Notes under the pieces: generated by a model
Databases searched by the model: none
What the model saw: only the letters and a program-made list of their open reading frames with translations
Told to the model about the DNA's origin: nothing
Program-made: the position numbers and the translations under genes
In this document: piece after piece, positions 1-8,867 of the stretch
Layout: every line of letters begins with the position of its first letter
How positions within the stretch are numbered: the first letter of the stretch is position 1
NCBI GenBank assembly: GCA_035493615.1
Contig: DATJHW010000082.1
Coordinates: forward strand, 766-64,765
Direction: 5' to 3'
Source: Candidatus Saccharimonadales bacterium
Lineage (GTDB): Bacteria > Chloroflexota > Limnocylindria > P2-11E
DNA length: 64,000 nt

Positions 1-422
1 AGGCGGCCGAAGGCCGCGCCTGAGCCGAACAGGCCGATCCCGAATCGCGCGCCCTCCTCGTCGCACCACCCGACGACCTCCACCGGACGCCGGAACCGGG
101 TCCCGTCGTCAAGGAGCGCCTCGACCGCCTCGACGGCACAGAGCACGCCCAGCGCGCCATCGAATCGTCCGCCCTCGGGGACGGAGTCGAGGTGCGATCC
201 GACGAGGACCGCGGGCCCGACGTCCTCGCCGAATCGTGCATACCCGTTCGCGGCGGCATCGCGCCACACCGTCGCGCCGCGGGCCTTGAGCCAGCCGCCG
301 ACGAGCTCTCGCGCGCGCTGCTCCTCGGTGCTCAGTCCCAGGCGGGTGACGCTCGTGCCGCTGCCGCCGATCGCCGACAGCTCGGCGATCCGCCGCTCGA
401 GCCGCGCGCGGTCGACCGTCAC
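1..422 (-). CDS. M20-family Zn amidohydrolase (allantoate amidohydrolase / N-carbamoyl-L-amino-acid hydrolase-like), N-terminal ~140 aa; the 3' end lies outside the window
   Basis: Not in the ORF track because the window edge truncates it. Hand translation of the minus strand from GTG 422-420 gives VTVDRARLERRIAELSAIGGSGTSVTRLGLSTEEQRARELVGGWLKARGATVWRDAAANGYARFGEDVGPAVLVGSHLDSVPEGGRFDGALGV. GSHLDSV...GGxFDGxLGV is the signature region of this family. GTGA overlap with the stop of the upstream HD gene. Confidence 0.7.
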   Translation of the reverse strand, partial: MTVDRARLERRIAELSAIGGSGTSVTRLGLSTEEQRARELVGGWLKARGATVWRDAAANGYARFGEDVGPAVLVGSHLDSVPEGGRFDGALGVLCAVEAVEALLDDGTRFRRPVEVVGWCDEEGARFGIGLFGSGAAFGR

Positions 423-970
423 GCGAGATCCTCGGGACGGATGGCGATGCCGGCGAAGACCTCCGCCTCGATGGCCTTCGCCATCGCGAGGTCGGCGTCG
501 CGAAGCCCCGCGAGCTCCGGGAACCGCGAGAGCTGCTCGTCGAGACGGTCCTCCAGGCTCACCACTGCTTGCCCGCCGCGCCGGTCGGCGTAGTAGACGA
601 TCTTCTCCGCGAGCGTGCGCGGCGCCGTCGCCGGATCGCGCGGCGCGTAGACCGGATGCCGGCGCGACAGCTCGACCTGCTCTGCCAGTCCCTCGGCCGC
701 GAGGACCAGCGGGCCAAGGACACTGTGGTCGCGACCGTCCCCGGCGAGCAATGGGCTCCGTCCGATGTCGTGGAGATACCCGCCCAGCCCGACCGACGCT
801 GTGTTGAGCCGCGCGCCGCTGTTCGCGTGCGCGTCCGCGAGCGTAGTGGCGAGCCGGCCGACCACGAGCGAGTGCGCGCGCAGCCAGTCTGGATACCGGT
901 AGCGCGCGAAGTACCCCTCCGCGATTGTGGACAATTCTGTCACTGTGTTATTGACACCGGGTCCGGCCAT
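419..970 (-). CDS. HD-domain phosphohydrolase
   Basis: ORF 419..1189, trimmed to the internal ATG (MAGPGVNNTVTELS...). HD motif GGYLHDIGRSPL. The first 73 aa of the track ORF are low-complexity and overlap the divergent gene. Confidence 0.65.
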   Translation of the reverse strand: MAGPGVNNTVTELSTIAEGYFARYRYPDWLRAHSLVVGRLATTLADAHANSGARLNTASVGLGGYLHDIGRSPLLAGDGRDHSVLGPLVLAAEGLAEQVELSRRHPVYAPRDPATAPRTLAEKIVYYADRRGGQAVVSLEDRLDEQLSRFPELAGLRDADLAMAKAIEAEVFAGIAIRPEDLA

Positions 971-979
971 CGATAGGGT
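951..979 (+). promoter_or_regulatory. Candidate sigma-70-type promoter (TTGACA-17 nt-TAGGGT) facing the membrane-protein gene at 1122
   Basis: TTGACA at 951-956, a 17-nt spacer, then TAGGGT (TANNNT) at 974-979, inside a locally AT-richer stretch. It overlaps the 5' end of the divergent HD gene. Confidence 0.3.
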
Positions 980-1121
980 CCCGCCGGGGAGCGAAGAGTG
1001 GATCCGCAGACGAGTGATGACCGCATCATCGCGCACCTCGGGCAGGTCGACGCCGAGCGCGACCACGCGCGGGCCGAACGGCACTATGCGCCGAGCCGCA
1101 GCGCGGGTCACGATCGCTCGC

Positions 1122-1625
1122 ATGTGGCACCGGCTGCGGGTGACGTTGGTCGTCTGGCTCGCGATGATCGGGCTGGACTTCGTGCTCAACGCCGCGATCT
1201 TCGCGAGCCTGTATCAGAGCGGCGGCCCATTCATGCTCACCCCGCTCGAGGCGTTCCGGCGGATCCCGCTCGGGTACCTGGCGTTCCTGATCCTTGCGGC
1301 CGCGATGGTCGAGCTGTCGTTCCGGCTGCGGACCACGACCGTCGCGGCCGGCGTTCGGCTCGGGGCGCTCGCGGGGACGGCGCTCGGGACCTCGTGGAGC
1401 TTGGGGCTGTACTCGGTCGCGACGTTGGCGCCCCAGACCGCCCTCGCCTTCGCCTTCATCTGGCTGTCGCTCTTGACCGTGGCCGGCGGTGTGGCGGCGG
1501 CGGGCCTCGGCGGCCGACCATCGCTTCGTGGTCTCACCCTGCGCGTGATCGGGGTCGACCTCCTCGGGGCGATCGCCGTCGTCGCGCTCCAGTCGTTCGG
1601 CATCCTGCCCACGCTCACTCCGTAG
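1122..1625 (+). CDS. Integral membrane protein, unknown function (about 5 predicted TM helices)
   Basis: ORF 927..1625, trimmed to the internal ATG (MWHRLRVTLVVWLAMIGLDFVLNAAIF...). Hydrophobic helices throughout and high GC3. Confidence 0.55.
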   Translation: MWHRLRVTLVVWLAMIGLDFVLNAAIFASLYQSGGPFMLTPLEAFRRIPLGYLAFLILAAAMVELSFRLRTTTVAAGVRLGALAGTALGTSWSLGLYSVATLAPQTALAFAFIWLSLLTVAGGVAAAGLGGRPSLRGLTLRVIGVDLLGAIAVVALQSFGILPTLTP

Positions 1626-1662
1626 CGCTCGCGCGGAGTGCGCCGGATGCGCGCCTCGGCGC

Positions 1663-2265
1663 ATGAGCTCCACCGAAGCCGACGACCGGATCGTGGCCCA
1701 TCTCGGATTCGCGAGAGCCGTGGCGTCGCGGGCCCTCGATCCGCGCTGCCGCGGAGCCGACCGTGAGGACCTGGTGGCGTGGGGGGTCGTCGGGCTCGTG
1801 CAGGCCGCGCACCGTTATCGCGACGATGCCGGTGCCCCGTTCGCCGCCTACGCAGCGCGGCGCGTGCGCGGCCAGGTGCTCGACGCGCTCCGCGAGCGCG
1901 ACCCGCTCACCCGCTCTGCGCGCCGTGCGTACCGGGAAGCGCGCGAGCAGGAGCCCGACCTGCCGCCACCGGTCGTCGAGGTCTCGCTCGATCGGTGCGT
2001 CGCGGCCGGGCTCGAAGCTTCCGACTGGGGCTCCGGCCGGGCGGGCACAGGCCGACCCGGCCGGACGCGCTGCAGCGACGAGCAATGGCGACGGGTCGCC
2101 GCCGCCCTGCGCCATCTCGAGCCGATCGAGCGCAAGGTCCTCGTCCTCTCGTTCGCACGCGAGCTCACGTTGAAGGAGATCGGCGCGCAGATCGGGCTCA
2201 GCGAGTCAGGGGTCTGCCGGCTGCGAGCCCGCGCCCTCCGTCACGTCCGGGCGCGCTGCGCGTGA
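1663..2265 (+). CDS. RNA polymerase sigma factor, sigma-70 family (compact group 3/FliA-SigF-like)
   Basis: Region 2 (DLVAWGVVGLVQAAHRYRDDAGAPFAAYAARRVRGQVLDALR) and region 4 HTH (LTLKEIGAQIGLSESGVCRLRARAL). Confidence 0.8.
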   Translation: MSSTEADDRIVAHLGFARAVASRALDPRCRGADREDLVAWGVVGLVQAAHRYRDDAGAPFAAYAARRVRGQVLDALRERDPLTRSARRAYREAREQEPDLPPPVVEVSLDRCVAAGLEASDWGSGRAGTGRPGRTRCSDEQWRRVAAALRHLEPIERKVLVLSFARELTLKEIGAQIGLSESGVCRLRARALRHVRARCA

Positions 2266-2304
2266 TGGCGCCGGCTCGGTGCCCGGCATTGCGATCGCTC
2301 GCGA

Positions 2305-2697
2305 CTAGGTCGCGCCGGACGCGGTGTTGGGCTCGCCGAGCGCGCCGCGGACCGCGGCCTGCACCGCCGCGAGGCTGAACGGCTTCTCGAGGAACGAATC
2401 CGCGCGCAGCTCGAGCCTGCTGCGCGCGAGCGCTCCCCGGTCGCCGCTGATGATGACGATCGGCACGTCGCGCGTGCTCGGCGCGTCGCGCAGCGCGCGA
2501 CCGACCGCGACCCCCGACACATCCGGCAGCAGCAGATCGAGGAGCACCGCGTCGGGTGTGCTCGCGCGCGCCGAGTCGATCGCATCCTGGCCCGCGTACG
2601 CGCGCGTCACGTCGTAGCCCTCCTCCGACAGGAAGTCGGACAGGAGATCGCAGAGATCCCGGTCGTCATCGACGACCAGCACCCGTCTGGGGCCCAT
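2305..2697 (-). CDS. Single-domain response regulator (receiver only)
   Basis: RVLVVDDDRDL...AVLLDLLLPDVSG...PIVIISG...EKPF. The canonical DD-D-S/T-K receiver residues are present. Confidence 0.85.
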   Translation of the reverse strand: MGPRRVLVVDDDRDLCDLLSDFLSEEGYDVTRAYAGQDAIDSARASTPDAVLLDLLLPDVSGVAVGRALRDAPSTRDVPIVIISGDRGALARSRLELRADSFLEKPFSLAAVQAAVRGALGEPNTASGAT

Positions 2698-2718
2698 GAC
2701 GCCGGTAAAGTAGACCTA

Positions 2719-3087
2719 ATGTCCAACCTCGAGCGTGCGCGGTTCGCCCGCCTCGTCCGCCGCGCGGTCATGGATCTTCCGGCGGAGTTCGGGCAGCGGA
2801 TGCGCAACGTCGAGATCGTCGTCGACGACGAACCCGATCCCGCGCACGTGCGTGATGGCCGCGAGCTCCTCGGGCTGTACGAGGGCGTTCCCCTCACCGA
2901 GCGCGCGTATGGCGAGCCCTACCTGCCGGACCGCATCTCCATCTACCGCCTGCCGATCCAGCGGATGTCGAGCTCGCCGAAGCGTCAGGCGCAGATCGTG
3001 CGCGACACGGTGATGCACGAGATCGCGCACCACTTCGGGATCAGCGACGCGCGGCTGGCCGAGCTGGGCCGAGGCGACGCCGACTAG
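2719..3087 (+). CDS. Zincin-like metallopeptidase family protein (small HExxH protein)
   Basis: 122 aa with C-terminal VMHEIAHHFG (HExxH). The size and layout are typical of the Zincin_1-type family. Confidence 0.7.
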   Translation: MSNLERARFARLVRRAVMDLPAEFGQRMRNVEIVVDDEPDPAHVRDGRELLGLYEGVPLTERAYGEPYLPDRISIYRLPIQRMSSSPKRQAQIVRDTVMHEIAHHFGISDARLAELGRGDAD

Positions 3088-3746
3088 GCGATCGCCTTCC
3101 GGAACTTCGCGAGGGCCGCGCTCACGCCGGCGGGATCGAGGAACACCGCCGACCCGGCGACGAGCACCGACGCCCCCGCATCGGCCACGGCTGTGGCGTT
3201 GTCCGGCTTGATGCCGCCGTCGACCTCGAGCTCCGCGCGCGACCCGGCCGCGTCAAGGGCGGCGCGGAGGGCGCGGACCTTGTCCAGCGCGGATGCGATG
3301 AACGGCTGCCCGCCGAACCCGGGATGCACGCTCATGACGAGGACCAGGTCCACGCGGTCGAGGTATGGAACGAGCCGGGAGGCGTCGGTCTCCGGATTCA
3401 GGGTCAGACCTGGCCGGGCGCCGGCCTTCCGGATGGCGTCGAGCACGCTCGCAGGATCACGCGCCGCCTCGATGTGCACCGTGACATAGGTGGCGCCGGC
3501 CTCGGCGTAGCGGGCCACCCAGTCCTCGGGCCGTTCGATCATCAGGTGGACGTCGAGTGGCAGGCGTGTCGCGCGGCGCAGGTCCGCGACCATCTTCGGC
3601 CCGAATGTGAGATTCGGTACGAAATGCCCGTCCATGACGTCGACGTGGATCCAGTCGGCGCCGCCGGCCTCCGCCGCGGCCACCGCATCGGCCAACCGAC
3701 CGAAGTCCGCGGACAGGATGGATGGCGCGACCTTCGGGCCGCTCAG
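3084..3746 (-). CDS. rpe: Ribulose-phosphate 3-epimerase; start uncertain (probable CTG at 3746)
   Basis: The track ORF 3084..3695 starts at TTG, but the conserved N-terminal strand KVAPSILSADFGR is encoded in frame upstream of it. HVDVMDGHFVPNLTFG, MSVHPGFGGQ and VDGGI motifs are present. See the finding on the start codon. Confidence 0.85.
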   Translation of the reverse strand: MSGPKVAPSILSADFGRLADAVAAAEAGGADWIHVDVMDGHFVPNLTFGPKMVADLRRATRLPLDVHLMIERPEDWVARYAEAGATYVTVHIEAARDPASVLDAIRKAGARPGLTLNPETDASRLVPYLDRVDLVLVMSVHPGFGGQPFIASALDKVRALRAALDAAGSRAELEVDGGIKPDNATAVADAGASVLVAGSAVFLDPAGVSAALAKFRKAIA

Positions 3747-3825
3747 CGCGTTCCCTTGTCCCGAAGCATGCCGGCTGGCATCATTGATGTCGCTTCCCCC
3801 GCTTTATCCGGAGAGGATTTGCCAT

Positions 3826-5052
3826 ATGTATAGGCCGCAGAACCTGCGGATCCCTGGTCCGACCTTTGTCCCCCAGACCGTGCTGAACGCATCGGCGCGG
3901 CCGATGATCAACCACCGTGGCCCCGAGTTCGCGGCCCTCATGGCCGGCCTGACCCGCGCGCTGCAGGAATTCCTCAACACCGAGGGCGACGTGTTCCTGC
4001 TCACGGCCTCCGGCTCCGGCGGCATGGAGGCGGCGGTCGTCAACACGCTCTCGAGCGGCGACCGGGTGCTCCTGTTCGTGAACGGCGCGTTCGGCGAGCG
4101 CTTCGCAGCGGTCTGCAAGGCCTACGGCGTCGACGCACGGCGGATCGACGTCCCGTGGGGCCGCGCGGTCGAGCCCGATCTCGTGCGCGAGGAGCTCGCG
4201 AAGGAGAAGGGCAAGGATGGCGCGAAGGCGGTCCTGCTGACCCATAACGAGACCTCGACCGGCGTCCTGAACCCGCTCAAGGAGATCGCGGAGGTCGTCC
4301 GCGAGTCGGGCAAGCTGCTCATCGTCGACAGCGTGTCCGGAGCGGGCGCGGTCGATCTCGCGGTCGACGACTGGGGCGTGGACGTGCTCATCTCGGCCTC
4401 GCAGAAGGCCTGGGGCGCGCCGCCCGGGGTCGCGATCATCACGATGAGCGAGAAGGCCTGGAAGGCCTACGACCGCTCGAATCTCCCGAAGCTGTACTTC
4501 GACCTCCAGTCCTACAAGGCATCCCTCGAGAAGGGCGCGACGCCGGCGACGCCGGCGGTCACCGTCTTCATCGGGCTGCAGGAGTCGCTCCGGCTGATGG
4601 CCGAAGAAGGCCAGGCCGCGATCATCAAGCGGCACCGCGACCTCGCGTACGCGACCCGCCGCGGTCTCCAGGCGTTGAACCTCGGGATCTTCGGGGACGA
4701 GCGCTACGCCTCTCCCTGCGTCACCGCGTTCCGCATGCCCGCGCGGGTCGACCCGCGCAATCTCATCCGGATCCTGCGTGACGACTACGACACCGTCATC
4801 GCCGGCGGGCAGGGGCGCATCGAGGGGCAGGTCGCGCGGGTCGGGCACATGGGCTTCGTGACGTTGCAGGACATGGTCGCGTTCTTCGGCGCGCTCGAGC
4901 CGGCGCTCAAGGACCTCAACCAGCCGGTCGAGCCGGGCCAGGCGATCTCCGCGGTCCTCCGCGCGTACGCCGAGACTTCCGCGCCGCCTGCGCGGACGGC
5001 GCGCGGCACCGCTCGCCGCGAGCCCGCCGATGCCGTCGCCGGCCGCCGCTAG
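3826..5052 (+). CDS. Class V PLP aminotransferase (serine-glyoxylate/phosphoserine aminotransferase-like), probably the SerC-equivalent partner of serA
   Basis: ORF 3607..5052, trimmed to ATG 3826 behind SD GGAGAGGA. MYRPQNLRIPGPT..., with the PLP lysine in ISASQKAWGAPPG. Overlaps serA by 23 nt. Confidence 0.85.
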   Translation: MYRPQNLRIPGPTFVPQTVLNASARPMINHRGPEFAALMAGLTRALQEFLNTEGDVFLLTASGSGGMEAAVVNTLSSGDRVLLFVNGAFGERFAAVCKAYGVDARRIDVPWGRAVEPDLVREELAKEKGKDGAKAVLLTHNETSTGVLNPLKEIAEVVRESGKLLIVDSVSGAGAVDLAVDDWGVDVLISASQKAWGAPPGVAIITMSEKAWKAYDRSNLPKLYFDLQSYKASLEKGATPATPAVTVFIGLQESLRLMAEEGQAAIIKRHRDLAYATRRGLQALNLGIFGDERYASPCVTAFRMPARVDPRNLIRILRDDYDTVIAGGQGRIEGQVARVGHMGFVTLQDMVAFFGALEPALKDLNQPVEPGQAISAVLRAYAETSAPPARTARGTARREPADAVAGRR

Positions 5053-6619
5053 CCGACCCAGACCCATCGTCGTCGTCGCGGACCCGCTGGCCCCCGAAGG
5101 GCTGGCGCTGCTCCGCGAGCGGTGCGAGATCCTGACCCCGAACGGCCCGGACGCGCTGCAGGCCAGCCTTGGCTCGGCGATCGCGCTCCTGGTGCGCAGC
5201 GAGACGAAGGTGACGGCGGCGCTGCTCGATCACGCGCCCCAGCTGCAGATCGTTGGGCGCGCGGGCGTCGGCGTCGACAACATCGACGTGCCGGCGGCCA
5301 CCGCGCGCGGCGTCTACGTCGTCAACGCGCCCACCGGCAACGTCCACGCGGCCGCCGAGCACGCGCTCACGCTCGCGCTCGCCGTGATGCGCAACGTCGT
5401 GCCGGCCGATGCGAGCGTCCGGCGCGGCGAGTGGACGCGCAGCAAGCTCATGGGCCGCGAGCTCCGTGGCAAGACGCTCGGGCTCGTCGGCATCGGCAGG
5501 GTCGGCAGCCTCGTTGCCCGGCGCGCGGCCGCGTTCGAGATGAAGATCGTCGCTCACGATCCGTTCGCGACCGAGGGCCTCGCGCGCGCCCTCGGGGCGG
5601 AGCTCGTGGAGCTCGACCGGCTCCTCGCCGAAGCCGACGTCATCTCGCTGCACACGCCGCTCACCGACAAGACCCGTGGGCTCATCGGCGCGTCCGCGCT
5701 CGCGAAGCTGAAGCGGACCGCGATCCTCGTGAACTGCGCGCGAGGCGAGATCGTCGACCTGGACGCGCTCGCCGACGCGCTCGAGGCCGGGACGATCGGC
5801 GGCGCCGCGCTGGACGTGTTCCCGGCCGAGCCGATCCCAGCCGATGCTCGCATCCGTACCGCCCCGCGCACCATCCTCACGCCGCACATCGCGGGGTCGA
5901 CGGTCGAGGCGCAGCAGAACGTCGCGGTGGATGTCGCGCGGCAAGTGCTCGCGGTCATCGACGGCGAGGTGCCGAGCGACGCGGTGAACGCGCCGCGGCC
6001 ACCGGCCGACAAGACCGGGATGCAGTGGGTCCGGCTGGCCGAACGCGCCGGCGCGCTCGCGGGGCAGCTCATCGCGGGCCGGCCCGAGGCGATGGCCCTC
6101 ACCTACCGCGGCGCGCTCCTCGAGATGGACCCGACGGCCCTGCGCGCCGCCGCAGCCAAAGGGGTCCTGGAGACGTTCAAGGCCGGCCGGGTGAACCTCG
6201 TGAACGCGCTGGCCGAGGCGAAAGCACGTGGGCTCGACATCGTCGAGCGCCGCGAGACGGAGGAGTCGCGCTACCCGAGCCTCCTCGAGGTCGCCGTGGG
6301 CGGCACGACCGTCGGCGGCACGGTCGTCGGCGGCGAGCCGCGGATCGTCTACATCGACGGCTTCTGGGTCGACGTGCCGATCGAGGGACATCTGCTGCTG
6401 ACGAAGCACCGGGACAAGCCCGGCCTCGTCGGCCGCGTCGGCACGCTGCTCGGCGGCTCGGACGTGAACATCTCGTCGATGCAGGTCGGGAGGCTCCACG
6501 CTCGCGGCGACGCGCTCATGATCCTCACGCTCGACGATCCGGTGCCGGACGTGGTGCGCGACCAGATCGGCCTGTTCGCCGACGTGGACGAGGTGAGGAC
6601 CGCGAAGCTCGGCGCCTAG
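5030..6619 (+). CDS. serA: D-3-phosphoglycerate dehydrogenase (long form with ASB and ACT domains)
   Basis: 529 aa. NAD-binding GLVGIGRVGSLVARR, catalytic region NCARGEIVD...TPHIAGST, and C-terminal ACT-like LLLTKHRDKPGLVGRVGTLLG. Confidence 0.9.
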   Translation: MPSPAAASRPRPIVVVADPLAPEGLALLRERCEILTPNGPDALQASLGSAIALLVRSETKVTAALLDHAPQLQIVGRAGVGVDNIDVPAATARGVYVVNAPTGNVHAAAEHALTLALAVMRNVVPADASVRRGEWTRSKLMGRELRGKTLGLVGIGRVGSLVARRAAAFEMKIVAHDPFATEGLARALGAELVELDRLLAEADVISLHTPLTDKTRGLIGASALAKLKRTAILVNCARGEIVDLDALADALEAGTIGGAALDVFPAEPIPADARIRTAPRTILTPHIAGSTVEAQQNVAVDVARQVLAVIDGEVPSDAVNAPRPPADKTGMQWVRLAERAGALAGQLIAGRPEAMALTYRGALLEMDPTALRAAAAKGVLETFKAGRVNLVNALAEAKARGLDIVERRETEESRYPSLLEVAVGGTTVGGTVVGGEPRIVYIDGFWVDVPIEGHLLLTKHRDKPGLVGRVGTLLGGSDVNISSMQVGRLHARGDALMILTLDDPVPDVVRDQIGLFADVDEVRTAKLGA

Positions 6620-7467
6620 CCCAGCTCGCGCATCCGCGGCAGCAGCTTCGTGGCGGCGAGCTCGGCGCCGCCCACCGGGTCCGAGCCGGTCAGCATCACG
6701 ATCTGTTCGGTGAACCCTGCCTTCAGATAGGTCTCGGCGGTCCGCAGCGACTCATCGACCGTCGTCAGCCGGAACTGCACCGACCGGCGCACCGCACTCG
6801 GGTCGCGGCCGACGGTCTTGCAGTGCTCGTCGAGGATCTTCGACAGCGCGACCGTCTGATCGAGCTCTCCCGAGTTCGAGTTCCACACGTCGCCGTGCCG
6901 CGCGACGATCTTCAGCGTGCGCTGCGGCCCGGAGCCACCGATCCAGATCGGCGGATACGGCTTCTGTACCGGCTTCGGCTCCGCGATCGCGTCGGTGATG
7001 GTGAAGTACTTGCCCTTGAAATTCGCCCGCTCCTGCGTCCAGAGACGCTTGATCACGCGTACGGCTTCGCCGAAGCGTCCGAGCCGCTCGCCGACGGGCG
7101 GAAAGTCGATGCCCAGCTCCACGAACTCCGGCTCGTTCCAGGCCGCCCCGATCCCGAACTCGAGGCGGCCGTCCGAGAGGTGGTCGATGGTCGCACCGAT
7201 CTTCGCGTGCATGCCCGGATGCCGGTACAAGCTGCCGGCGACCATGAGCCCGATCCGCACGCGCTTCGTGGCCTCGGCCATCGCGGCGAGCATCGTCCAG
7301 CCCTCGAAGATCGGCCGGGTCGGATCAGGGCCGAGCGCGAGCAGGTGATCGAAGCCCCAGAGGCCGTCGAAGCCCGCATCGTCGGCGATCTTCCATACCG
7401 CGCGGTGCGTCGGGATCGGGTGGACCTGTGGGGAGAGCTTCAGCCCGACGTGGAGCGGATGCGGCAT
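6616..7467 (-). CDS. LLM-class (luciferase-like) F420-dependent oxidoreductase
   Basis: 283 aa. GFDGLWGFDHL...RIGLMVAGSLYRHP...LEFGIGAAW...PPIWIGGSGP is typical of the LLM/F420 family. Confidence 0.85.
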   Translation of the reverse strand: MPHPLHVGLKLSPQVHPIPTHRAVWKIADDAGFDGLWGFDHLLALGPDPTRPIFEGWTMLAAMAEATKRVRIGLMVAGSLYRHPGMHAKIGATIDHLSDGRLEFGIGAAWNEPEFVELGIDFPPVGERLGRFGEAVRVIKRLWTQERANFKGKYFTITDAIAEPKPVQKPYPPIWIGGSGPQRTLKIVARHGDVWNSNSGELDQTVALSKILDEHCKTVGRDPSAVRRSVQFRLTTVDESLRTAETYLKAGFTEQIVMLTGSDPVGGAELAATKLLPRMRELG

Positions 7468-7518
7468 TCACTCGAGCCTAGCGGCGGCGGCGGAGTTGGG
7501 TGCTATGGTCCTCGCCTC

Positions 7519-7830
7519 ATGGAAGCAGCGCGCTTCGAGCGCACCGTCCGCACCGAATCGAGTGAGATCTTCGCGATCTACGGGGGCGCGCGGCGCGTCG
7601 GTCGCGTCGATCTGCACTACGGACGGTTCGAGGTGAACGCGACGCTCCTGCTGGAGGTCGACCTGACCGACGACGAGCTGCAGCAGCTCATCGATCAGCT
7701 CGACGAGGAGCTCGTCCAGACGCACGACCCGGAGCGCGAGGACTTCCTCGTCACCGTATTCAAGTCCGAGGAGCTCGGCTTCTACTCCGACGAGTTCGAA
7801 GAGGATGACGAGGATGACGACGAGAGGTAG
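7519..7830 (+). CDS. Hypothetical small acidic protein (103 aa)
   Basis: This is the C-terminal in-frame part of the spurious 902-aa track ORF. It starts at ATG 7519 (MEAARFERTV...), has high GC3, and ends in the acidic tail EFEEDDEDDDER. No family recognised and no obvious SD. Confidence 0.5.
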   Translation: MEAARFERTVRTESSEIFAIYGGARRVGRVDLHYGRFEVNATLLLEVDLTDDELQQLIDQLDEELVQTHDPEREDFLVTVFKSEELGFYSDEFEEDDEDDDER

Positions 7831-8747
7831 CTGACCAGGCCGTCGCGCAGCGAGCGCGGCGAATAGCCGAGCTCCGCGCGCGCCTTCGCATCGGTCGCCC
7901 AGAAGGTCACGCCATCGGCGCTCCTCACGACTTCGGCGACCTCGGGGCGCAGCCGTGCGGCGAACCGCAGGATCGACGGCGGCACCTCGAATCGCGGCGC
8001 GGGCTTGCCGGCAAGCGCGGCCATGATCCGGATCGCGTCACGGAGACGTACCACCTCTCCCCCGAGCACGTACGACTGGCCCGCGCGGCCCCGGTCGAGC
8101 AGCAGCAGGATCCCGGCGGCCGCGTCGGCGGCGTGCACGAGGTTGAGGCCGAGGTCCCCGAAGGTCAGCACCGGCAGCTTCCCCGCCGCCGCGCGGCGGA
8201 AGAGCGCGCCGATCCCGGAATGATCGCCCGGCCCGTAGATCTGGCCCGGCTGCGCGATGACGACCGGCAGGCCCTTCGCGTTGAACCCCTCGGCGACGCG
8301 GTGGGCCAGCGTCTTCGTCTCCTCGTAGTACGACGTGTAGCCGTCCGCGCGCTGGTAGGCCTCGTCGACGATCTTCCCGTTCGTGTTCCCGAACACGACG
8401 ATCGACGACACGTGTACCGCCTTCGGCACGCCGACCGCGAGCGCCGCGCCGAGCACGGCTTCGGTGCCCTCGACGTTCGCCTTGTACATGTCGACCCTTC
8501 GAGGCGCGGTGATGCCGACCTCGTAGATCGCGCCGGCGTGCACGACGGCATCGCAGCCGTCGCAGCCGCGCTTCAGCGCGTCCGGATCGGCGAGGTCCCC
8601 GACGACGACGTCGCGGCCGGTCTTCTTCAGCAGCTCGGCCTTGGCGGGATCGCGGACCAGCTGCACGACGGTGTCGCCCCGGGCGCGGAGCTGCTCGGCG
8701 ACCACGCTCCCCAGGAATCCGGTGGTGCCGGTCGCGAAGATCCTCAT
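7782..8747 (-). CDS. SDR-family NAD(P)-dependent epimerase/dehydratase
   Basis: MRIFATGTTGFLGS Rossmann motif and YYEETK (YxxxK). The C-terminal poly-Ser tail is antisense to the acidic tail of 7519..7830. Confidence 0.85.
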   Translation of the reverse strand: MRIFATGTTGFLGSVVAEQLRARGDTVVQLVRDPAKAELLKKTGRDVVVGDLADPDALKRGCDGCDAVVHAGAIYEVGITAPRRVDMYKANVEGTEAVLGAALAVGVPKAVHVSSIVVFGNTNGKIVDEAYQRADGYTSYYEETKTLAHRVAEGFNAKGLPVVIAQPGQIYGPGDHSGIGALFRRAAAGKLPVLTFGDLGLNLVHAADAAAGILLLLDRGRAGQSYVLGGEVVRLRDAIRIMAALAGKPAPRFEVPPSILRFAARLRPEVAEVVRSADGVTFWATDAKARAELGYSPRSLRDGLVSYLSSSSSSSSSNSSE

Positions 8748-8867
8748 GGGCGCGTGCGTGCGTCAGGGGCCGGCGGGCGCTCGACTCGCTCGCTCGTCAC
8801 GTGCGTTCACGGTAGCGGGCGTTCCTGCCGGACGAGCCTTCGCTCGCGAGCGCCCACCGGCCCCGCA

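Noticed and set aside
5122-7830. 902-aa ORF, the longest plus-strand ORF in the track for this region
   Set aside because: It is out of frame with serA and antisense to the LLM oxidoreductase. The translation is an Arg/Gly/Pro/Ala-rich high-GC shadow. Only its last 103 codons (7519-7830) look like a real gene.
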